DNA of 64,000 nucleotides from positions 96,001-160,000 of the forward strand of contig CAWJZV010000048.1 in NCBI GenBank assembly GCA_963847445.1. Reading direction: 5' to 3'. The DNA comes from an uncultured delta proteobacterium. GTDB taxonomy: Bacteria; Desulfobacterota; Binatia; UBA9968. Position numbers and translations under genes: made by a program. Positions 42,501 to 51,276 of this stretch are shown one piece after another (position 1 is the stretch's first letter; every line of letters starts with the position of its first letter). A model generated the notes under the pieces. That model had not been told where the DNA came from. It searched no databases and saw only the letters and a list, made by a program, of their open reading frames with translations.

Positions 42501-43213
42501 CGATCAGCGGGTCGCTGGACGATCCGCAGTTCAGCGTCGGTGGCATCATCTGGCGCATCATCGTCAACATTCTTACCAAGGCCATCACCGCACCCTTCTC
42601 TCTGCTCGGCGCGGTGTTCAGCGGCGGCAGTGGCAGCGGCGAAGAGTTAAGTTATGTTGAATTCGACAACGGCCGCGCCAACTTGAATCAAACCGCTCAG
42701 ACTAAAATCGCCACGCTCGCCAAGGCGCTCAACAATCGTCCGTCCATCAACTTGGAACTGACCGGCCGGGTCGATCCGGCGAGCGATCTCGAAGGCTTGA
42801 AGCGCGTCGGCATCGAACGCAAGGCCAAGGCGCAAAAAATGCGCGAACTGGTGCGCCAGGGCCAAGCACAGCGATCGCTGGACGACATCCAGTTCGACAA
42901 AGACGAGTATCCGAAGTATTTGAAGGCCGCCTACGGCGAAGAAAGTTTTCCCAAACCGCGCAACCTAGTTGGACTCGCGGTGGATTTGCCGGTGGCCGAG
43001 ATGGAAAAATTGATGATGCAGCATGCCAAAGCGACAGACGATGACATGCGCCAATTGGCCAGCCAGCGCGCCCAAGCGGTGCGCGACGCCCTGTTGGCCA
43101 CCGGCCAAGTCGCTGCCGACCGGCTGTTCATCGTCGCCGCCAAACCGCTCAGCAACGAAGAACAAGCCAAACTCAAAGGCAAACCCAACCGCGTCGACTT
43201 CACTATGAAGTAA
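39572..43213 (+). CDS. DUF748 (AsmA-like) large envelope protein with OmpA-like C-terminal domain
   Basis: N-terminal TM helix, repeated beta-rich modules, PYSGRYVGYGI..GKL, LPVLLAVALLKDRDG.IDIDLPISGSLDDPQF, LASQRAQAVRDAL, NRVDF. Confidence 0.85.
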   Translation: MASKLTDLRTKTTAMVRHPRTRKIAIWLVAIVVGFGVLLGLAAPPLLRGKIASELSKTLHRPVTIEQIKLNPYTLTVTVRGFLMQEKQGQTAALSFEELFVNLELQSLIRLAPVIEELRLVKPYVNLVRQQDFKYNFQDLIDEFTSGPPGPTPRFALHNIQIIDGKIDFDDQPEKTKHSVTSLKIGLPFISSLPAHLAIKIKPEFAAVINGAPFHLAGDSTTPFTDSLESTLGIKIDKLEIAKFLEYSPVALNFKLSSGQLNGKVTLGFKSAPKAAPVLALSGDLNVNALEMQETGAAPLLKLPNFDVVIGAFEVFNSKLVLKSVKSQGLEVHVAIDRKGALNLANLVTPSANSQPAPEKKDDAKPFIYQIEEFALDGATIHFNDEQPQQPYKTRLDNVRLKVTGLSNEADKKANVELSFESDAKETFSHAGTVQLTPLLADGKLEIGALQLKKLRPYYGDLIGVEFKDGLLDLTTQVAFAQKADEPEIKLSELNAALRTLRMDVPGESEPLWRVPLLTVKDTTVDVGKRSVVIGSVETRDGNGYVQREKDGTISYARLLKTRGPESATKQPAKAEQASWTVLTKRVAFNRYKIVYDDRSLATPARIVVSNTTLRGENFSNVEKSRGKATFQATINDKGTLKIAGTVGTRPVTGRLEVDAQGIDILPFRPYVEDRVNFLFTSGSIGTKGNLIFDTSGDGPAKVNYDGSVDITDFATIEKSNSNDLLKWKSLNLNALQFNLEPFKLSIGEINLGDFYSRLILGADGKMNLQKLTPESEEKKAEPPPEKTTAKAPEAKAPDKPGAAAPSAAAEEKAITIGKINLTAGNIDFSDLFIKPNYNANLTGVQGTISELKPETPGDLDITARLDNAAPVVIKGKLNPLSKELFLDIVADAKDIELSPMTPYSGRYVGYGIEKGKLSFNVKYKLENRKLTAENKIILNQLTFGERIESPDATKLPVLLAVALLKDRDGVIDIDLPISGSLDDPQFSVGGIIWRIIVNILTKAITAPFSLLGAVFSGGSGSGEELSYVEFDNGRANLNQTAQTKIATLAKALNNRPSINLELTGRVDPASDLEGLKRVGIERKAKAQKMRELVRQGQAQRSLDDIQFDKDEYPKYLKAAYGEESFPKPRNLVGLAVDLPVAEMEKLMMQHAKATDDDMRQLASQRAQAVRDALLATGQVAADRLFIVAAKPLSNEEQAKLKGKPNRVDFTMK

Positions 43214-43226
43214 GCGGAGACAAGAA

Positions 43227-43311
43227 CTGGAGTGATGGAGTGTTGGAGTACTGGAATAATGGGTTCCGGATTGCCCAATACTCCAGTACCCCAACACTCC
43301 AGTACTCCATT
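43227..43311. repeat. Octamer TGGAGTAN periodic hairpin
   Basis: tggagtgatggagtgttggagtactgga / ccaatactccagtaccccaacactccagtactcca. Confidence 0.85.
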
Positions 43312-43377
43312 GCCTCGCTCAAGTTGTTTAGCCCTCCCAACTGTTATAAGATTCCGCTTGGTCCAGGAGGCCGCTCA

Positions 43378-43623
43378 ATGACCCAGGTAAAAAAAACCGC
43401 TAACCCCAAAGTAACCATCATTGCCAGCAAAGGGGCCAATCAGGCAATCAACTATCTATTGGAAGACCGCGACGAGCTCGACTGGCTGGTCGCCATCGGC
43501 CGCAATAAGAAAGGCGATATCTTTTTCTACGATACCGGCGGCGACATCATCCAAGACCTGGGCGCCATCGAATACGTCAAGGAAAGAATCGTCAGGGACT
43601 ACTTCGGCGAGCCGGATGAATAA
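43378..43623 (+). CDS. Small hypothetical protein (81 aa)
   Basis: AGGAGG RBS, typical GC3-rich codons, globular composition. Confidence 0.7.
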   Translation: MTQVKKTANPKVTIIASKGANQAINYLLEDRDELDWLVAIGRNKKGDIFFYDTGGDIIQDLGAIEYVKERIVRDYFGEPDE

Positions 43624-43644
43624 GCGCGGCTCCGGCCGCGCCTA

Positions 43645-43729
43645 GTTCAAGGTTCAATAGTTCAAAGGTTCAACGTCCACTCCTCTCCGATTCCGACCTT
43701 GAACTTTTGAACGCTTGAACCTTGAACGA
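43645..43729. repeat. GTTCAA/TTGAAC periodic hairpin between convergent genes
   Basis: gttcaaggttcaatagttcaaaggttcaacg / ccttgaacttttgaacgcttgaaccttgaac; one arm also at 32330-32359. Confidence 0.8.
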
Positions 43730-43735
43730 ATACTC

Positions 43736-45166
43736 TTAATCCATCGGAATTTTCGGTTTAATTCGCAACGGCGGCGCCCCCGCCGGCAAGAAATCTTCTA
43801 AATTCACTGTTTCCCAACCCACCGGTTGCAGCCTTTCAAACTCCTTGCGCCGCTGGGCATCGCACTCAGGCGGTTTGGTCGCGTCGATGATCATCTTGCC
43901 GCCGATGCGGTGCCATCCCGGCGCGCCGGGATGGCCGAACTCCGGGCAGGATGGGTCCATGGCATGAATCTTCGCGCCGGGTATGGTGACGATGTCCTCC
44001 GCCGGATTCACCCGCGTGTTGATCGACCACAAGACTTCAGCATAGTTGAAAATATCCACGTCGATATCGACGGCGATGGCGATTTTCGGATGTTGATATT
44101 CGCTCGATAGCACCGACATCAAGACGTTTTTCGCCTCGCCGTAGTAGCGCGGCTTCATCTGCACCACCACGCCGAAAATTCCCGGCATGACTAACACGTT
44201 GCGCACATCGGCGAGGCCGCCGACGTTGCGCGCCCGGCGCAGGATCTGCGCCGACATCGGCACTTTGTGATAGACGCAGCCTTCGACCTCCGTGCCGTTC
44301 TGAACGTTCTTGAAGATCGCATCGTTGCGCATGGTGATGGCTTTGATGTTGACGATGGGATTTTGCCCGGAGCCGGTGAGGTAATAATCCTGAAACTCAC
44401 TGAACGGCCCTTCCGGTTCGCGAATCTTCGGCGGGATTTCCCCTTCGAGGACGATTTCGGCCCAGGCCGGCACTTCGAGATCGACAGTACGGCATTTGAC
44501 CAACTCGACATCTTCCTGCAATAAAGCGGCAGCGATCTCGAATTCGTCGACGCCATACTGGGTCGTCGTCGCCGCCGCGAAGTAATACATCGGATGGTGG
44601 CCGATCATGATCGCCACCGGCATCGGCTTATCCTGCGCTTCATACATCTGATAGTTGGCCCAGGCATGGCGCGGATAGAGCAGGATGCCGGTCTTCTTCG
44701 GCCCCTTCATCTGCAAGCGATGAAAGCTCAAGTTGCGCTGGCCGGTCTGGGGATTTTTCGTGATCATCAACCCCGAGCCGATGAACGGACCGCCGTCGCG
44801 AATGCCGGCCTGATGGATCGGCATCTTGGTGATATCGACATCGTCGCCGAGTAAAACCTTCTGCTGCACCGGGCCGGTTTCTACCAACCGAGTCTTGCCC
44901 AAAGTTTCCGTGCGCCGGACGAATTCGGGAATCATCTGATCGCGCTCGGTGCCGAACGCCACCGGCGCCAACGCCACGTCCCCAGGCGCCTGCCCCAAAC
45001 AACGCCAACCCGGATAGCCCGGCAGATTTTCAAATAATAAACCACGATCGCGCGCCTGCCAGAGCAACGCGCCCATCTGCGTGCGCGGGTCGACTGGTTT
45101 GGCAATGCGCGCCAACAGTCCGGCTTTTTCCAGTTGATCGATCCAACTGCGCATGTCTTGGGACAT
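43736..45166 (-). CDS. UbiD family (prFMN-dependent) decarboxylase
   Basis: DGGPFI, RNLSFHRLQ, VPAWAEIVLEG, EGPFSEF (E-x4-E), VDIDVDI, KMIIDATKP. Confidence 0.92.
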   Translation of the reverse strand: MSQDMRSWIDQLEKAGLLARIAKPVDPRTQMGALLWQARDRGLLFENLPGYPGWRCLGQAPGDVALAPVAFGTERDQMIPEFVRRTETLGKTRLVETGPVQQKVLLGDDVDITKMPIHQAGIRDGGPFIGSGLMITKNPQTGQRNLSFHRLQMKGPKKTGILLYPRHAWANYQMYEAQDKPMPVAIMIGHHPMYYFAAATTTQYGVDEFEIAAALLQEDVELVKCRTVDLEVPAWAEIVLEGEIPPKIREPEGPFSEFQDYYLTGSGQNPIVNIKAITMRNDAIFKNVQNGTEVEGCVYHKVPMSAQILRRARNVGGLADVRNVLVMPGIFGVVVQMKPRYYGEAKNVLMSVLSSEYQHPKIAIAVDIDVDIFNYAEVLWSINTRVNPAEDIVTIPGAKIHAMDPSCPEFGHPGAPGWHRIGGKMIIDATKPPECDAQRRKEFERLQPVGWETVNLEDFLPAGAPPLRIKPKIPMD

Positions 45167-45236
45167 AAGAGATTCCTCCACGACTCGATATTGCGCCCAT
45201 CCATATCACGGCGCCGCTACGCCCACCATCGGGAAT

Positions 45237-45313
45237 TGGAGTACTGGAGTGTTGGAGTAGTGGAGTAATGGGTTTCCGGACCACCCAATCACTCCATCAC
45301 TCCAGTACTCCAT
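45237..45313. repeat. Octamer TGGAGTAN periodic hairpin
   Basis: tggagtactggagtgttggagtagtggagtaatgg / ccaatcactccatcactccagtactcca. Confidence 0.85.
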
Positions 45314-45357
45314 TCTTCCGGTTTGCCTTTCGCAGAGGCTTCGCCTACTTTCGCTCC

Positions 45358-46578
45358 ATGCACTCGATCACGGACTTCTTCGGTCTCGACAAACTCGCGC
45401 CGGAAAAAGCCCGCGCCTTGAGCATCGTCTACGCCGCAAGCCTGGCGCTGATGATGGGCGTCAACTTCATCCAGCCGGCTTTGCCGGCGCTCACCCAGCC
45501 GTTTCAAGTGAGCGACGCGCAACTGTCGTGGATCATGACGCTGTTTACCGCGCCGGCGATTTTCTTGTCGCCGATTTTCGGCGTCATCGCCGATCTCTAC
45601 GGCCGGCGCCTGCTGCTCGCTTATGGATTAATGGTGTTTGGCCTGTTCGGCGGGGCCATGGCGTTTGCGCCCAGCTATACCTGGCTGCTGGTTTTTCGCA
45701 CGTTGCAAGGCGTCGGCTTCAGCGCCGTGATCCCGCTGACTATCGTCTTGATCGGCGATCTGTTGGAAGGCGACAAGGAAGTCAGCGGCCAGGGTCTGAA
45801 AGTTTTTCTCGACCGCATCGGCTATTTCATCTTTCCACCGTTGGGCGGACTGCTGGCGACCATCGCCTGGTTCTGGCCCTTTGTCTTTTACCTCCTGGCG
45901 ATTCCCTTGGGTCTAGTCGCGCTGCTTTACATGCCCGAGACTAAAGGCAAGCAGAAACCGCCGGCGGCAAACTACTTGGGCGACATCCTGCGCTTGACCC
46001 GCCATCCCCGGCTGATGATCGCATTCACTGCCGGCTTCCTGCGTTTCTTTCTCGACTATGGCTTTCTCACTTATTTTCCGCTCTTCTTGGTGCGCACCCA
46101 TGGCATCTCCACCGCCACCGCCGGCTTGCTCTACGTCTTTTTTGCGATCGGCGCCATGGCGACATCGAGCCAAGCCGGCCGCATCGCCACTGGCCGCGAC
46201 AAGGCGCGGATCTTGTTTCTCGCCTTCGTCGTCAGCGGCGCATCGGTCTTGGCCGTGCCGTTCATTCCCAATGTCTGGCTGATCGGCGGCGCATTGTTTT
46301 TTTACGGCCTCGCCAACGGCGTGATCTCGCCCATGCAGAAAAGCCTGCTGACGCAGAATGCGCCGGCGGAACTGCGCGGCGGCATCGTCTCCTTCGACCG
46401 CTTGATCCAGCAGGTCTCGAAAACCACCTCGACCTCCATCGTCGGCTTGTTGTTGGTCAGCACCGAACTGCCGACGATCTTCTGGATGTTGGGCATTCTT
46501 TCGTTTATCAGCGTCGCCCTAATGGCACTGCTATTGCCCCGCGGCGCAAAAATCCTACCGACGCCAACCACATCGTGA
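45358..46578 (+). CDS. MFS transporter (drug/H+ antiporter-like)
   Basis: IQPALP, GVIADLYGRR (motif A), FRTLQGVG, about 12 hydrophobic segments. Confidence 0.88.
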   Translation: MHSITDFFGLDKLAPEKARALSIVYAASLALMMGVNFIQPALPALTQPFQVSDAQLSWIMTLFTAPAIFLSPIFGVIADLYGRRLLLAYGLMVFGLFGGAMAFAPSYTWLLVFRTLQGVGFSAVIPLTIVLIGDLLEGDKEVSGQGLKVFLDRIGYFIFPPLGGLLATIAWFWPFVFYLLAIPLGLVALLYMPETKGKQKPPAANYLGDILRLTRHPRLMIAFTAGFLRFFLDYGFLTYFPLFLVRTHGISTATAGLLYVFFAIGAMATSSQAGRIATGRDKARILFLAFVVSGASVLAVPFIPNVWLIGGALFFYGLANGVISPMQKSLLTQNAPAELRGGIVSFDRLIQQVSKTTSTSIVGLLLVSTELPTIFWMLGILSFISVALMALLLPRGAKILPTPTTS

Positions 46579-46646
46579 CGATCTATCGCACCGTTTGAAA
46601 TCTGCAATCTGAATTTTGGAATCTGGAATCCGCGCGGCAGCGGGAC

Positions 46647-47753
46647 CTAGCCCAAATGTTTCTTGAAGCGCACCACGCTCAAGATCATAAAGAACAGGCC
46701 GAAGGCGCCGAGCACCAGCGCTTCATCCCACAACGCGACGATACCGGCGCCGCGCAGAATGATGCCGCGGAGGATTTCCAGATAGTAGGTCGCCGGAATC
46801 AGAAAACTGATCAGATAAATCAGCAGCGGCATCGACTCCCGGGGAAAAACGAAGCCGGACAGCAGAAACGCCGGCAGCAGCGTCATCAAGGACATCTGCA
46901 TCGCTTCGCTTTGGTTGCGCGCGAAGGTCGAAATCACGATGCCCATGCCGAGGGCGGACACGAGAAAGACCATCGATAAAAACAACAGCAAGGCAACCGA
47001 ACCATGAATCGGCACACCGAACAGGAAAACCATCAACAAGAGCACCAACACCGTCTGGCCGAAGCCGATGGCGGTGTAGGGTAAAAGCTTGCCGAGGATC
47101 AGCCCGCCCTTGGACACCGGCGTGACCAGCAATTGCTCCAGCGTGCCGCGCTCGCGCTCGCGCACGATGGCGAAGGCGGTGAGAAACACCGTGACCAACT
47201 GGAGAATGATGCCGATCAGTCCCGGCACGTAAAAGTTGGCGCTCAACAGATTGGGATTGAACAGCAAGCGCGGCCGGATATCGATGCTGAACTGGCTGGT
47301 TGAAATGCCGTCCCGTTCCAGCGATTTGACGAAACCCAACTGTTGGCTGGCGTTGAGCACGCGCGTGGCGATGGTCGAGTCCGAACCGTCGATGATCACT
47401 TGCACTTGCCCCTGCCGGCCGTTGACCAGATTGGTCGAGTAGTCCGGCGGGATTTTAATGCCAACTTTCGCGCGCCCGCCAATGATCGCATCTTGCAACT
47501 CTTGGTCCGACTGGACTTCACCGACCAAACGAAAGTAGTGGGTGTTCTCGAACTCCTGCACCAATTGGCGACTCTCCAATTGGCGATTGAGGTCGAACAC
47601 CACCGTCGGCACATGCTTGACGTCGGTATCGATGGCGTAGCCGAACAACAGCAATTCGAAAAGCGGGATGGCGAAGATAAAGCGCGTCGCCGGATCGCGT
47701 TTGATGTGAATGACCTCTTTTTTGAGGATCGCCCACAGGCCGCTAAACATCAT
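46647..47753 (-). CDS. ABC-2 type efflux permease (YbhS/YbhR-like)
   Basis: KKEVIHIKRD, LLFGYAI, FYVPGL, IVRERERGTLEQLLVTP, LSGFVFP..SMP. Confidence 0.9.
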   Translation of the reverse strand: MMFSGLWAILKKEVIHIKRDPATRFIFAIPLFELLLFGYAIDTDVKHVPTVVFDLNRQLESRQLVQEFENTHYFRLVGEVQSDQELQDAIIGGRAKVGIKIPPDYSTNLVNGRQGQVQVIIDGSDSTIATRVLNASQQLGFVKSLERDGISTSQFSIDIRPRLLFNPNLLSANFYVPGLIGIILQLVTVFLTAFAIVRERERGTLEQLLVTPVSKGGLILGKLLPYTAIGFGQTVLVLLLMVFLFGVPIHGSVALLLFLSMVFLVSALGMGIVISTFARNQSEAMQMSLMTLLPAFLLSGFVFPRESMPLLIYLISFLIPATYYLEILRGIILRGAGIVALWDEALVLGAFGLFFMILSVVRFKKHLG

Positions 47754-48703
47754 CGCCCTTCCGTGGCGCTGCGGCGCATGCGCGTCAACGCGACAAAAAC
47801 ATCTTCCAGAGACGGCGGCACGGAGCGGCACGCGACGTTGACCCCGCCCTGTTGGCGGGCGAACTCGATGAGCGCCGCCGCATCGGTGGACTGGCGGACT
47901 AAGGCATGAATCGCCTCGCCGAAGATGGTCGCGTCGACGACATCGTCATGGCGCCGCAAAAGCGGTAGCAGCTGGGTGGCATCGTCGCTGGTGACTTCGA
48001 CCCAAGCGCAGCCCGCCGGGGTGATCTCGGGCAACCGCTTCAGATCCTGCGGCCGGCCGATGGCGATCAGCTTGGCAAGATAAATATAGGCGACCTGCGA
48101 GCAGCGCTCCGCCTCGTCCATGTAATGGGTGGTCACGAACAGTGTCGTGCCTTCGGCGGCGAGGCGAAAGAGCAGATCCCAAATCTCCCGGCGCGCCACC
48201 GGATCGATGCCCGCCGTCGGCTCGTCGAGAAACAAGATCTTGGGCTGATGCAAGAGCGAACAAGCCAACGCGAGGCGCTGCTTATAGCCACCGGACAGCG
48301 TCGCCGCCATCTGTTCCAACCGGTCGTCCAGACCGACCAAAGCCACCACCGCCTGCCGCCGCGCCGCCAGCTCGGCGCGATTCAGCCCATAGATCGCGCC
48401 GTAAAAATCGATATTCTCCTCAACCGTGAGATCTTCGTAGAGACTGAAACGCTGCGACATGTAGCCGATGCGCTTCTTGATCTCCTCGGTCTGCTCGACG
48501 ACATCGAGACCGTCGAGCTCGGCCCGCCCCGAGGTCGGCTGCAACAGGCCGCAGAGGATGCGGATCATCGTCGACTTGCCCGAGCCGTTGGGGCCGAGGA
48601 ATCCGAAGATCTCACCTTCCTCGATGGTAAAACTGACATCGCTGACCGCCGTCAACGCGCCAAATTTCTTGCTGATAGCGTCGGCTCTAATGGCGATAGT
48701 CAT
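47750..48703 (-). CDS. ABC efflux ATP-binding protein (YbhF-like)
   Basis: GPNGSGKST, GYMSQRFSLY, LSGGYKQRLALAC, LDEPTAG, TTHYMDEAE, SLEDVF. Confidence 0.92.
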   Translation of the reverse strand: MTIAIRADAISKKFGALTAVSDVSFTIEEGEIFGFLGPNGSGKSTMIRILCGLLQPTSGRAELDGLDVVEQTEEIKKRIGYMSQRFSLYEDLTVEENIDFYGAIYGLNRAELAARRQAVVALVGLDDRLEQMAATLSGGYKQRLALACSLLHQPKILFLDEPTAGIDPVARREIWDLLFRLAAEGTTLFVTTHYMDEAERCSQVAYIYLAKLIAIGRPQDLKRLPEITPAGCAWVEVTSDDATQLLPLLRRHDDVVDATIFGEAIHALVRQSTDAAALIEFARQQGGVNVACRSVPPSLEDVFVALTRMRRSATEGR

Positions 48704-48801
48704 GGATCGTACTCGTGACTCGTGCTCGTGACTCGTCATTCCTCGATAACGCTCACCGCTGGGAACGCGACTCCTCTGCGCGGGCGATTCACGAATCGCC
48801 C

Positions 48802-49941
48802 CTACCGTATTTGAATCATCACATCCGCACTCATGCCCGGACGCAGCACATGCTCGGCATCGTCGATGACCACTTCGACCTGAAACACTTGCAGCACCCG
48901 TTCTTCGTGGGTTTGGATATTGCGCGGCGTGAATTCTCCCTGCCGATGGACGCGCCGCACCGCACCGGAGAAGTCCTTGTTGGGAAATGAATCGACGCGA
49001 ACTTTTACTTTCAATCCCGGCTGAACAAAACCCAGACGCGCCTCCGGCAGATAGGCGCGCACCCAAAGACTGCCCTGGCGCAACAGCGTCGCCACCGGCT
49101 TGCCGGCGCCGACTAGATCCCCCGGCTGCAAATCCAAAGCCTCGACCAGCGCATCCACCGGCGCTTTGATCACGGTCTCATCGAGTTGCGTCTGAATTTG
49201 CTCGAGCTTCGCCGTCGCCACTTCCATCTCCGACTTGGCCTGGGCGATTTCTTCTTTGCGAAAGCCGCCGCGTAGTTGGCGCCGCTTGGCATCGGCTTCG
49301 GCCCAGCGCTGGCGCGCCCGTTCGACTTCTTCCTTGCGCGTGCCGGCGAGCAAGAGATCGTAGCGCTCGCGGGCGCTGGTCATTTTCTGTTCGGCTTCGT
49401 CGGCTTTGGTCAAGGCATCGTCAAAGTCTTGCTTGGCAATCAGCTCGCGCTTAGCCAGGTCATCCATGCGGCTGAGAAACTTGCGCGCGTTCTCGGCCTG
49501 CGCCTTGGCCGCCTGCCAGTCCGCCGCCGCCTGGGCAATTTCCTCCTTGCGCGGCCCGGAGATTTGTTGGTCGAGCTCCGCTTGGGCTTGGCGCATGGCG
49601 GCTTCGGCTTGTTCGATTTCTTCCTTGCGGTAGCCCGCGCTTAACAAAGCGAACTTGGCGTCCGCCTGGCGCAAGCTCGCCTGCGCCTCGGCTAGCGCCG
49701 CGTTGAGCTCGCGCGGATCGAGCAACACCAGCGGCTCGCCGGCCTTGACCGCCTGGCCTTCCTTGACCGCGACTTTCAAGACCCGTCCGCCAACCTTGGA
49801 ACCGACATGAATATCGTCCGCCTCGACGATGCCGGAGATAACGAATTCGCTGCGGTTGCCGAAGACGTTACGCAATGAATAACCGGCGCCGACAACGATC
49901 AGGGCGCCAAGAATAATCCAGGTTACGATCTTCGCTTTCAC
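48802..49941 (-). CDS. HlyD/YbhG-like membrane fusion protein
   Basis: VGSKVGGRV, coiled-coil GxRKEEI repeats, IKAPVD, GEFTPRNIQT, LRPGMSAD. Confidence 0.9.
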   Translation of the reverse strand: MKAKIVTWIILGALIVVGAGYSLRNVFGNRSEFVISGIVEADDIHVGSKVGGRVLKVAVKEGQAVKAGEPLVLLDPRELNAALAEAQASLRQADAKFALLSAGYRKEEIEQAEAAMRQAQAELDQQISGPRKEEIAQAAADWQAAKAQAENARKFLSRMDDLAKRELIAKQDFDDALTKADEAEQKMTSARERYDLLLAGTRKEEVERARQRWAEADAKRRQLRGGFRKEEIAQAKSEMEVATAKLEQIQTQLDETVIKAPVDALVEALDLQPGDLVGAGKPVATLLRQGSLWVRAYLPEARLGFVQPGLKVKVRVDSFPNKDFSGAVRRVHRQGEFTPRNIQTHEERVLQVFQVEVVIDDAEHVLRPGMSADVMIQIR

Positions 49942-49993
49942 GGAAAGGATTTAGCGTAGTGTCTCACGCTGCTATTGTTTATCCGGAGTAACT

Positions 49994-50258
49994 CACCACG
50001 AAGGCACGAAGGACACGAAGGGTTCGGATGACCAAATCTCCGAACTTCGTGCTCTTCGTGTCTGCCTTAGAAAATACCCGTGCAGCGATGATCTGCGCAT
50101 CGATAACGACTCTCTGTTCCGTCATACCGGCGCAGGCCGGTATCCATCCCCCTCCCGCCCCTGGATGCCGGCCTGTGCCGGCATGACCAGTCTAAGGAAT
50201 GGCTTCCGGTATTTTCATTATCTGTGGGCGTGCGTAAGATCATGATTCACTTCGTGGT
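49994..50258 (-). mobile_element. Composite MITE-like element, copy C (inverted)
   Basis: Reverse complement begins ccacgaagtgaatcatgatcttacgcacgcccac, identical to copy B; inner gtcataccggcgcaggccggtatcca..tggatgccggcctgtgccggcatgac. Confidence 0.7.
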
Positions 50259-50322
50259 AAAAAACTCTTTCCCATTTGGTTGCGACGCTGTCGCGCCAGA
50301 GCCTTCGTGGTGAATTACCATC

Positions 50323-51195
50323 CTAAAAATCCTTGAACTCCTTGTCCTCGCGGCTCTCGGTTTCCAGTTGGATCGTCGTATGCTCGATGTTGAAGCGCTC
50401 TTTCAAAGTATCCTCGATGCCGTTCAACACCTGATGGAAGTCGCCGCCGTTCTCTACCACCGCATGGGCGCTCAGCGTGTAGATATCCGAGGTCACCGCC
50501 CAAACATGCAGGTCGTGAACCTTGTGGACGCCGTCCACCGCTTCGATGGTCTGGCGCACTTCATCGAGACGAATGCCCTTGGGCACCGACTGCATGAGCA
50601 CACTGAGGGAGTCTTTGATCAGGCTCCAGGACGAGTACAGAATCAGCGCGCCGATAAACATACTGATCAGCGGATCGGCCAGATACCAACCGGTGGCCAA
50701 CATGATCGCGCCGGCGGCGATGGCGCCCACCGAGCCGATGGCGTCGCTTATGACATGGAGAAACGCGCCGCGCATGTTGAGATTGTGCTGATGGCCGGAG
50801 TGGAGGATCGCCGCCGCGGCGAAATTGACCAATAGCCCCAGAACCGCGACGACGATCATGCCGAAACTTTCCACCGCCGGCGGATTGGCCAAGCGATAGT
50901 AGGCCGAAGTGAAAATCACGCCGACGATCAGCCAAAGCGTCAGGCCGTTGAACAGCGCCGCGAGAATTTCGACGCGATGGTAACCGTAGGTGCTGTGATG
51001 AGTCGCCGGCCGCTTGGCGACCCGGAAGGCGAACAAGCTGAGCGCCAAAGCGCCGATGTCGGAAAGCATATGGCCGGCGTCGGACAACAACGCCAAACTG
51101 TTGGTGAGAAAACCGGCGGTCAACTCGGCAAAGAAATAGACCGAACTGATGATCAAAGCCCATTTCAACCGCTGTGTTTCAGTATGCCGCGCCAT
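50323..51195 (-). CDS. Cation diffusion facilitator (CzcD/ZitB-like)
   Basis: SLALLSDAGHMLSD, TYGYHRVEILAA, NMRGAFLHVISD, VHDLHVW, HTTIQLE. Confidence 0.92.
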   Translation of the reverse strand: MARHTETQRLKWALIISSVYFFAELTAGFLTNSLALLSDAGHMLSDIGALALSLFAFRVAKRPATHHSTYGYHRVEILAALFNGLTLWLIVGVIFTSAYYRLANPPAVESFGMIVVAVLGLLVNFAAAAILHSGHQHNLNMRGAFLHVISDAIGSVGAIAAGAIMLATGWYLADPLISMFIGALILYSSWSLIKDSLSVLMQSVPKGIRLDEVRQTIEAVDGVHKVHDLHVWAVTSDIYTLSAHAVVENGGDFHQVLNGIEDTLKERFNIEHTTIQLETESREDKEFKDF

Positions 51196-51276
51196 GCAAT
51201 CGTTGATCGCTGTTAAGTTACCCCCGCGCGGAGAAAGGCTCAAGACGCGTTGAGAATAATCCCAACTGTCTCTGTC

